From: Haliotis cracherodii | Taxonomy: Eukaryota | Reading direction: 5' to 3' | NCBI RefSeq assembly: GCF_022045235.1 | Contig: NW_027266270.1 | Span: 21,824,001-21,888,000, forward strand | Length of the DNA: 64,000 bases | In this document: positions 1 through 10,500 of the stretch, piece by piece | Numbering within the stretch: position 1 is the stretch's first letter | Layout: the number at the start of each line of letters is the position of its first letter | The notes under the pieces: generated by a model | The model's database searches: none | Told to the model about the DNA's origin: nothing | Seen by the model: the letters and a program-made list of their open reading frames with translations, nothing else | Made by a program: the position numbers and the translations under genes

Positions 1-2278
1 TTTAATTCCTCCGAAAATAATTGTACAGGATCAGTCGCGTCAATAAATAGATCAGGTTTCAATTTATTGTATGCGAGCATTTCAAATAAAGGCCAGTTGG
101 CCTTAGTGAAGTTCAATTTAGTTGAAAGAGGAACATCTGAAGGTAAGGCAGGTTTTAAAATAGTTGGGAAATGATCACTGCCACAGAGGTCTTCGTGGAC
201 GGACCATTCAAATTCGTTTAATAAATCAGAGTGAATGAGTGATAAATCCAGAGATGTACCGGGATGTAGATATGTGTTTGAACCATCGTTATAGATACAT
301 AAGTCATTGTTGGAAATGAAATCTTCCAAAAGTTTCCCCTTATTATTTGTCTGAACACTACCACAAAGGGGATTGTGCCCATTTAGATACCCAAAATAAT
401 ACATGGCTTTGGGAGTTGATCATAGAGAGTTTGAAGTTCAGACTGTCGGAGAGAAGAAGATGGTGGGATATATAGCATGCACAATGTAAAAACAATGTTC
501 AAAGTTACACGGATTGCAACAGCCTCAAGGGGAGTAATAAGTTGAACGGGGCTATGGAGGACGCCGTGTTTCATTAGAATTGAAGAACCCCTAGTGGCTT
601 TAGCACCAGGAGGTGAAAAGACGTTGTAGGAGGTATATCCTCTAATATCAAATTTGTCAGTATCCTTATAATATGTTTCCTGTAAACATATGGCAGATGG
701 CTTAAAATCCTGATTTTAGAGTTGTAACTCAGTATAATTATTCCTAAATCCTCTACAGTTCCATTGAATTAAATTTGATGAGTGGGTCATGGTGGCTCAC
801 TTGGTGATCGCTCACGTGAACGTGAGTAAGATGAACTCCTATCGCTACTGCCTGGCGATGGAGTCACCCCCATGTCTAAAGCACTTAAGGAGTTGTGAAG
901 AGATACTTCCGAAGAAGAGGTGGTTTTTCACATTTACCTTTCATTATTTTCGTCTCGGTTTGAAATACTGGGCAGGATTTGGAAGAGACCATGTGCTGGC
1001 ATTCACAGTTGGCACATTTGAGATCGTGAGTACAATCCGCACTCTCATGGTTGCCACCACACTGATGACAAACAACAGGGCGTCTACAGGTTTTCGAACC
1101 GTGACCAAACTTTTGACATTTATAGCATCGGAGTGGATTGGGAACATGCACCCCCACTCCGATGTTGACATAACCTGCTTTAATTGAATTTGGAACCGAC
1201 GGACGAGCAAAAGTGAAACGTTTGACGGCTTGTACTCCTTGACTTTTAGGTTCAGAAACAATTTCATCTTCTGTCACGTCTGAAAGGGAACGTGTCCTGT
1301 CACGAACAATGCCACCACAAGAGTTCAACGTCCTATGCTTAGAAACAGTAACCTCAATATTAGCAAAGTGTTTCATAGATGTGAGACTGCTGTTTCCTCG
1401 CACATTCCACCAGAAGAGATCCAGTACGCAATCGTGTGACATTTTTAACTTCTCCACAATATATATGCTTTGGGAATAGCAAAGGGATTTAGTTTCAGTG
1501 GTTCATGATCTGTTGCTTCGATCACAAGGAATCGAGTCCAGGAATCAGGAAGAGTATGAGCTTCATCAGACAAACTTGAGTCTAAATGACGTCTTTTTTA
1601 ACCAGAGTGTGAGTGAGCCATGATTATTTTGAAGTGATTCAGCAACCCTCCTCCCCATCCACCATGAGTATCATTATAGACAGTGTTGCAATGCACCGGA
1701 TCTCCAAGATGCAAACACCAGGGCTACAGGGTTGTTATACTCCAGAAAATATGACACAAACAGCAAGATCTGTATACCAAAATAAATGCCAGGCTGGTTC
1801 TGCCCATGACAAGAAATTGGATACATATTGAGTTTGGAGGTCAACATTACCAGATTGGCCCATGAGCCACCGCCTTCTGGCATGGGGCATTCATTGTACA
1901 TATAATTTTCAGTGAGAACATTCATTTACAGCATTCAAAGATACAGAACATGCTTAACGTTTTCCATACACAGGGCATGGCATGACCAGCCGATTGATAG
2001 AACCGGGCCCATTCTACCACCCGTCTAGGTGAAGTAAGGGTAGAAGTGGTGTTTGGGGCAAAAGAACACTGTTCCTAACTTCAGTGCCTTCAACCACCAG
2101 AATCCCGTCCTCCACCGACACAGGGGCGCAACCCACGGCAAACAGGTTGCCCAATTCGGTCGCCTTTTACGACCAGCAATGGGGTGCTGTGGACACATTC
2201 TGTCCCGGTTCTACACGGGGGAAAGCTATTAGCGTTACCCAGCACTCACCACGAGGAGGTTGCCAATAATAGAATAAA
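1..2278 (-). mobile_element. 5' part of an I/Nimb-group non-LTR retrotransposon: 5'UTR, ORF1 (gag-like CCHC knuckles), start of ORF2 (APE endonuclease); decayed, runs off window start
   Basis: ORF 885-1457 has PLRCYKCQKFGH..C..CHQCGGNH..C..CANC..H..CP zinc knuckles; minus strand near 785-680 reads LIQWNCRGFRNNYTEL..SAICLQETY (APE N-terminus); stops and frameshifts present. Confidence 0.9.
2225..2278 (-). ncRNA. HDV-like self-cleaving ribozyme (decayed P1) at the LINE 5' end
   Basis: Minus strand ggca-ACC-TCCTCGT-GGT-GAGTGCT-GG-gtaac-GCTAA-tagc maps onto P2-P3-L3-P3'-P1'-P1.1-P4-J4/2-P2'; CCUCCUCGUGG and GCUAA are HDV-like hallmarks. Confidence 0.7.
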
Positions 2279-2299
2279 CATAAATTTTATAAAGTATGG

Positions 2300-2790
2300 T
2301 TTCAAAAAGCATTTTGCAGACTTCATTTATGCGTTGCTCATTTTAGTCGTATCATGTTATTATTTTCTGTTATATAGACTACATATTAGAGATATAATCA
2401 GCTATACATCTGAATATAATTCTGCACAACCTCTCTACGTATATTTTATTTTGTTAATGAATTCGGCCATATGATATTGCTGGTATATGAATAGTCACAT
2501 AAATTCGAAATGTGAGTTGAACATGGTTTCCACTTTCCAGTAAGCGTTAATAACCTTTTCATTAATTATATATCTGAAACCCACTTAATATGATAGCTCA
2601 TGACAATGGACGCCCTGCATTATACAAGGACGACATATGCAGTATAAAGGCAATAAAAGGTATCACACTATATTGGGAATTGCTAGTCATGGACACTGAG
2701 TATGCTGGCAGCGCAAGACACGTGAGATAGCACACTTACGAGTGAGAATGGGCTGTTTTTCTTCACATTCAATTTGGGTGCTCATTTGAA
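2300..2790 (-). mobile_element. Penelope-like RT fragment (diverged second copy of 3730-4165)
   Basis: Colinear similarity to 3730-4165 (tctgcacaacctc..., gtcacat.aattcgaaat, ggcagcgcaa, cattcaa.ttgggt). Confidence 0.6.
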
Positions 2791-3049
2791 TTGTATAACA
2801 TAGCTGAATATCATTCTGGGTTTTGTGTTATGAAATACAGGCATAACAGCGTTCCTTTAATTCCTATAGATTCCTATATTTTTAACTTTCCCAATATTTT
2901 CTATATTGACATTTTATCCCTATACTTGACATATTTTTATGGCACAACTGACTACCTAGGTGCTTTAGATTTTTTTGATTTTTTTTTTGTAGGAGCAAAA
3001 CAAAAAGGTAGTGAAACGTTTCTGTCATTTCTCTGCGCTGAGGTTTAGT

Positions 3050-4170
3050 ATCCAGCCATGTCTCCCACATCTAGTCAATAATTATAACCACCACGGTCAT
3101 TCAGACATTCAGTTTGAAGCAAGATTAGGACTGATTATGAATTGAATGGACTGATATTGCTCATAAGGATGCTTCCCATGCATATAAATGTCAGGAAAGA
3201 TAGTGAATGTCCATTGACAATTAAAAACCTGTATCTGGTAAGCACAAATTTCCATTATACAGCTGTATCTTTAGTTGTAAGTCAAGGAAAATTCCTTAAC
3301 ACCCCTATTTGTTTCAAACGTTCCCCTATATTTCCCCAATATTTGCCCAGTTTTAGCAAAGGTGGCTTTGATGCATGTGAAATAGAAACCGACAATATGT
3401 CACTGTTAAAGATAAGGATGTGTCCAAATGCGCATGGGCTCTTCCAACTTTCATCGAAACTACTCGGTATATACTCTTCATGTTGAATATTAACATTTCG
3501 CATTGACAAAGTAAAAAAAAACCAGGTTGAACCTGCCCTTTAAAACCTTTTTACTAGATTAGTTATTTCTTATCTTTTGCACCGAATGGAATCGGTTTCG
3601 GTGGATGCCCTGACTCTTGTATGACATTGACGTTTAATATTTATTCGAATCCAACTTACGCACTAAGTATGATCTTTGGTTTGTTGTCCCCAAGGTCATA
3701 TTGTGGATACTAAGCTATCTGTATCTGTTTCTGCACAACCTCCTTCATAACATTTGATTTTGTCAAATAAAAACGTTATGGTGATTTCAGGCAATCTGAA
3801 TGGTCACATGAATTCGAAATTTGACCTGAAATTTGATACTTGGCGTGTTCATCGTTATATGAACGGTTGTGTTAATATATTTTTAATTATAAACCTGAAA
3901 GCCACTTAATATCGTTATAATTCATGATCAGTCACACCCTGCATTATATTAGGACGACATATTCAGTGAAATTACAATATAAGGTATCGCACTGTACCTG
4001 TTATTACTAGTTGTGCGTACATATACGTTGTGTATGCTTCGAGACACCGTGTAATCTGGCAGCGCAAAAAAGGTGAGACAGCAATGTTAGCTTGAGGTTA
4101 GGCCTCCTCTGTGAATGGATTGTTACCCTGTACATTCAAATTGGGTCCACATTGCCTTTGTTCTTAATAG
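3050..4170 (-). mobile_element. Penelope-like element, RT to GIY-YIG region, decayed
   Basis: Remnant G.AMGT-like RT motif near 4160-4130; ORF 3282-3509 and flanks resemble the PLE C-terminal GIY-YIG region (L.T..PxGLN-like at about 3170-3135). Confidence 0.6.
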
Positions 4171-4994
4171 AATGAACGTGTAATGAAATTGAATCCTACA
4201 GTAAGTCAGTCACCATTGATAATAGGGTTATACGTTTTTGTACCTATAATAACTGAGCGAGAGCCAGAACTATATTCAATGAAGTCAGTTTAGAGAACAT
4301 TAATGCGGCAATGCACATTCAGGATATCATCACTTTTAGTCAGAGGTTCCTGAGATATAAGATTTTATGTTAGTCGCTAAAGGTCAGTGGAGATTATGGT
4401 GATGCCGTAATAAATGACGTATTTGTAAAAAACAAAATTAGTTTAATCTCTGTTGCATTTGACCATTATGTGATTATTAGTGTTTCAATTTTAAGAAGAA
4501 CACATGGTGGACCTTAAGGTTTCCGAGAAATATATAAGTTTCTTGGTTGTTTTTTTTAATTTTGATTATATATGGACCTATTTTATTTTTATTTCACTTC
4601 AACAATTCGGCTTTTTGTAGGATATAAGATCCGAAAAGATTCTTTATTCATTTCGGTTGTGTATTTTGAAAGTAAAATTCCATTTTATAAACAGTGAACA
4701 AAGTCGTGTAATGATAAAGTGTCAGGTTCATACACTCATCTGGTTTAGAGAAGGAGTCACGACAGATCGGTGACAGACCAACAAACGCTGTACACTCACT
4801 TGAACTTTGAGGCAGAACTGAACTTTTTTGGCCAATAAGAAGTTTTTATGAGGAACATACCTGTACATCATTAAAAAAACATGGATGACACCAAACAGGT
4901 TTTGGGATAGTGTTCTTTACTTTATTTTTATCATTCTTGTTCGATCTATGACATAAGCTGAAAGTATTAGCGAGAAAAAAATCCATAATCATAA

Positions 4995-5565
4995 GAAATC
5001 TATACTGAAAGTTGTCAGAGTCGTATGTCGCTCTTTGAGATCTCGGTAGAAAGGGAACGCTCGAATGTACCTCAAAAGTTGTGAAATGTAAACATCAAAT
5101 GACGGAGCTGCATGAATAGCTCGACATATAGGGAAAGTTGACTAATGGTAAGGTGAAGTCATCTCTCTTGTCATACAGTCTTGTGGAAAGTGTGAAACTG
5201 TATATTTAGGCATAGATCTAAATATGAAACAGGCGGTCTCAACGGTCTCCTTTATTTCTTGTTCAGGTGGGTAAATCAGAGGAAGGGTATTTGAAATTGG
5301 ATGGTTATTTGAACGATATCAGATCATCGAAGCTTAAGTTAAACTTCTTTTGACTTTGCCAATCCGAGCAGAAATTCCGATTCATTTGCATAAAGAAAAC
5401 GATGAGCAAGAAGGGGAGCACATTTGGTGCCCATGGGAATGGCTACTTCTTTCCAAAATGTCTTACCCCAAACGTTTACCTGTTGTCAGTGAAGTCCAGC
5501 ATTTCACATACTGTTTTTTATCAGTAAATGGCAGATGGCATTTACTTTCATTTTTGGTAAATTGA
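4995..5565 (-). mobile_element. Penelope-like (Naiad-like) RT fragment
   Basis: Remnants of FNLSF..DDLISF..YLPLIYPPE.EIKET..SYLDL..LY.KRDDF.F.LVNFP; homologous to 50550-51200 and 53630-54350. Confidence 0.7.
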
Positions 5566-6059
5566 CCTCTGAAGATACATATGTGACTTTATCTACGGTC
5601 ACCACAGTTTGTTAAAAAAAAAGCCCACATGGCCCAAGGGGTGCAAGCTCCGACGTTCATACAGTTTGGCCCTCACTCTATAAAGGTTCATACTCCAATG
5701 AACTCACACAAAGTGAAGGTCAATTCTTAAGTAAATATAAAGATTTGATTATTACTATGTATGACTCCGAAGACGTATTCTGCTACCAATATGATGGTCA
5801 TAACCACAAGTGACTTCCCTACTTATTCCGTGCGTGATATTGTAATTGGCTGAATGCACAACTGAAAAGAGGAACCAGAATGGGAATAAACCTATTCTGT
5901 CCCATCTTTCAGTCATCCAAGTCTGTCTGAACTTCCATGATATGTCTGTCGTAGTTCCCACTGATAAACTCTAAAAGAAAAATACAATTAATTGAGTGTT
6001 TGATGGGAGAAAATGGTATGAGTTACATATTAAAACCATATTAAGGTCAGTATGTTAAC

Positions 6060-6770
6060 TGAGATACTTTTGGCATGACACATGAAGACAGGTCCAATTC
6101 CTTTTTTGACTGGTTTTCAAAGCTCCATTAAAAATCCGTACTCAGAACGACATATTGCAGGTTCTGCATACGTAACACCAAATCCCTGATCCTTGTCTCA
6201 AAGATTAACCATAATCATTAACACTTTCTATATATCCACAGACAGTATTTGAGACAAGTGGAATTATCACAATGTCGATTCTAAAAAATTCGAAGGATTT
6301 GCTTGAATTTGTGCAATCTCAGAAAATAACCAAATCAAGTTGAATTGTGTCAAAATATTTGATTTTACACCTTTGTATACATGTACCACAATCCCACACT
6401 ACAAACTTGGGGGAAAACTTCATTCCTTGATCGATGGGACATTTGTTCCTAAACGTGGTTGCCATAGCTATATTTACATCTCTATCTTCAGGTCGAGACA
6501 ATTTGTCAAAAATGAAAGCTAATATCATCTAAAATTAACTGATCAAACAACATGTGAAATGCTGGACCTCCTCATTGAAAACATCCATAGTGAAAGTTGG
6601 GGATAAAACATGGACACAAGAAGTAGTTATTGGCATTCCCATGGGCACCAATTATATTCCTCTTCTTGTTGATCGGCTTTTTATGCAGATTTGCCCACAC
6701 GCATTATTCAAAGAGCGGCATACAACCGTTGTTGATCAGGGTTTCATGTTTTATAGCAGACATCTCAACA
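6060..6770 (+). mobile_element. Penelope-like (Naiad-like) RT fragment, upstream half
   Basis: FDFTPLYT..IPH.KL (ORF 6340-6522) and IGIPMGTNYIPLL (ORF 6554-6796). Confidence 0.7.
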
Positions 6771-6779
6771 TTTGTTGCA

Positions 6780-7000
6780 TCAGTGACCAAAATTAAGTCT
6801 GATGCAATTCCCTGTTTTGTAAAACATGTTCCTAGCTTTTCGCAAGTGAACAAATGACTAACCGTTTTGCGTGTTTCGAAGGTATGCCACCGGTTGTGTT
6901 GTATCCACACCTTTTCTCGATCAGCTGGTGTCATCATTATTTCATGATGATTCACTAACAAATGCTGATCATAGAGTCTGAATCATACAATGGACTTTGC
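6780..7000 (-). mobile_element. Tc1/mariner transposase fragment
   Basis: ORF 6704-6961 MTPADREKVWIQHNRWHTFETRKT resembles the TP.xDR.I...H.R.R segment of the Tc1 at 26-27.6 kb. Confidence 0.4.
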
Positions 7001-7475
7001 TTTTAGCAGATATTTCTGATGATTATGGAGAATGTTTTGTGGCTTTTGTTTATATAGTCACGACATATGGGTTTCCTCTTTCTATGCTCATGTGTTTGAT
7101 GTTTGCTATAAATAGTTCACTAGGAAATGTACGGATAAGCCCTACTAACATGACAGTCTCCGAACAATCTCTTTCAAAATGATAACATATGTTTAAACAT
7201 CTGCAAATTGATAGAACAGAACATTTTTTTATGCTGACATTGTATTCAAAACACCGAAATGCGTGTAGATAATTGCTACGTTAAATCTACTGGTCTGTTC
7301 AGGTAATTGGGAGTATCATTGTAGCAAAAATGGTTAAAAAGTATGATAAGTTTTTCAACTTAGATTAGTTGCTTATATGAGTTATGTTGTGCTTCAGAGG
7401 TAAACTCTAAGGTCAAACTTCTCACCTACATCTGTTACACCTGGAGCCATATTCCTCAAGACTACACACGCTAAG

Positions 7476-7541
7476 ATGGAACTGGGCTGGTGCACAAAGA
7501 CCTTCAGGTGCCTCTTCATCTTCTTCAATGTCATATTTGCT
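7476..7541 (+). CDS. Tetraspanin exon 1 (start, TM1)
   Basis: ATG..MELGWCTKTFRCLFIFFNVIFA then gtaagt. Confidence 0.88.
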
Positions 7542-10500
7542 GTAAGTTGCTTTTCCTCCTCACCTAAATATAAACTTTTCTGAAACCCTCCTATTTGATA
7601 CAATTAAAGTCTGTTCAACTAGTTACTCAAGCAAAATTTACAATGTGTTTTTCTTTGTAACCTTGTCAAATAACTACAGCAGGAAACAGCAAATGTTATT
7701 ATTCAACAGAACCGTTATCATACCTTACTGAATTATATGATGATTACTATATATATAAAATTCATACTTGTCACGACATGGCTGAAATATTGCCGATGTG
7801 ACTTAAAGCATTAACTCACTCACTCATTAATTTCATGACGCATTCTATGCTATGAGATGGCACTCGCATTAGTTTTGTGACGCATTTCATGCAGACATTC
7901 ATGTGAACATTAATTTCAGATCCCCTCCTTGCTCATCCAATTTTGCCAAAAACGTTTCACTTAACTTCAGGTACATAAATGATCTGATATTAATCGGTAA
8001 TGGTCAAATAGCCTGTGACCTTCCACTGATTTATTCACCTGAGGTCGCCATAAAAGAGACGAGAGAAACAGCCTCGTCTGCTTCATATCTAAATATATGC
8101 ATACAGATTCAGAGTGACAATAATCTATCCATAAAACTTCAATGTTCCCTTCATGTTGAGCAATATCCTCTAAACTCAAGCCTTTGTTCTCTTCATTTCA
8201 CAACATTTGAGGTACAATTCAGATTTATATATTTACAGTGTATGCCTATCAGCAGAGATTTCATATGATTTTGTTTATATTTGTAATGTATGCAAATATA
8301 ATCTTTACGTTTGGTTACCATACCGGACAGGGCAGGTAATACGTCTTCACATATAAACTTAATGCTTTTAAAGTTAGCACTATGAGTGAGTGAGTGAGGA
8401 CACCGTAATACACCAGTATTACTACATTTACTCGTGAACTTTGTGCTCATAATACAATACAGGCCCGGAGAATCCAGCAAGCATTGAGTTTGTGACTACG
8501 AAGAGCCGAATTCGATTCCCCAAAGCTGTACAATGTGTTGAGTGTGTATTCTGGTATGGTTTTGTGCACTAGTGCTGAAATATCCTCTTACAAGAAGCAC
8601 ATTTGCAACTGAAATCTGATTTATGCATATTTTCTGAATATATTAACCGGGAACGTATTCTATGTCACAATGATAATGTATTGAGATCTTGAATCTTTAC
8701 AGATTGTCGGAATAGCCACAATAGGACTTGGCATTTTTTTCAAAGTGAACCCCTTTATTACTTTCATCACTCAAATTAAGCTGGATGGAAGTAGTACATT
8801 TCTCGCCAACAGCGTCTGGATCATCATTGGTATTGGGGCCCTTGTGGTCTTTGTCGGAGCTGCTGCCAGGAACAAGTATTTGCTAGGAATGGTATGAACA
8901 AACAACATTTTACTAACATTTTTCATAACAGTTTACTTGTTGCTGTATATAATTATAGAAAAGCGTGGGTAATTGTTCACCACTATATCCAATGACACAA
9001 TAGCATCCAAGCAACGATAATAGATCACAGAAATATCAGTTACTACAATAGCATCATAGCAAGGACTACAGTTCATGAGGACATGTACTGGCACAATTGC
9101 ATATAACAAAGATAATTGTTTACAGCATTATACATTGACACATTAGTGAACACATTAGCAAGGACCACAGTTCATTAGGGTATTTTCTGGCACAGTTGTA
9201 TTTAAGCAATTAAAGGTAATGCTTTACAGCATTATACATTGACACAAGACTGAAGAGTAGAAACAACCCCTTAGTCACCCCTAATCCTTTCAAATATATT
9301 GTATATGATTACTTACCATGACATGTTCGTTCACACATGACGCCCCTGATCACATCGATATCTGTCCAATTGAATCCCTTATGGTGTCATAATACTTAGG
9401 TATGAGTGAATGTTATTTTACAATACCGAAACAATATTTAAGCAACAGTTTAAAAACGCTATATGTAACAGACAAACCAGTGTGTGTAATAGCACAGGTA
9501 ACAGTCCATGCCCCAAGGGTACGTTGAAACTGCGTACCTGACACTGATTTGTAGCTCTTATGTAATGTTCATATCGTATAATAGTGTGCTCTTAATTATT
9601 CAGTACATCGCCTTTTCCCTGACCATCCCCATCGTAATACTGGTGTTCATCATATCGACAGCCATGTACTTTGGTCTGGTAAGTCTAACCCACGATGTGT
9701 AGGACATATCCTTTCATCATTTTAACACGGTTACCCCGCATAACAATTTAAAGAATGGCATAGTTCTTTTTTTACGGCAAGAATTATAATCTTAGTTCCT
9801 TTTGAAACATTGATCATAGACTTTTGGCCTGCCCAGGAGTCGCATCTCACATCACCAATCAAGAGGCGCAACTCACTACACCAATCAAGGGTTGCAGCTC
9901 ACGGGCCCATCCCACACACCCATCAACACTTAGAACACTTTCTCACTTTCAATATTGTTATACTTGTCTGTTCTCCACCTAGTGTGCAATTGTTTCTGAC
10001 GTTTGTCTTCTCTTGACTCATATAATTTTAACCTTTTGCTCAAAGTTTCACATATGCTGTCTTAGTGGGGATAATAGTTCCAGGATCTATTCGGGCATCA
10101 ACAAAATCATAGTATCAGAGACATGTAACGTCATTTTCGAGCGCCTTCAGGAAATACGTCCCAAAGGTGTTATCTTCAGAAGGCGGAGGATGGTGCTGAG
10201 GCTAGTCGTGAACTACTTTTTTCTGAACGACTAAATCACAGACATTTCTTTATAATTTATAACCTGTTCATACATATGTTTAATGTTTTCAGGAAAAGAA
10301 TAGAGACTATTTCAGTAGCACCCTTCAAAACCGTTTGCAGAACAAGTACAGCGAGAATGCTACCGAGTTCACCAAACATTGGGACTATGTTCAAAAACAG
10401 GTAACAGGACAATTTATGGTTGTCACGCCACTGAGTGATGTGGTTTGTCTGTGCAGGAACTGTACATGTAGCTCACTCGAGCAGATCAACGTTATTATCT

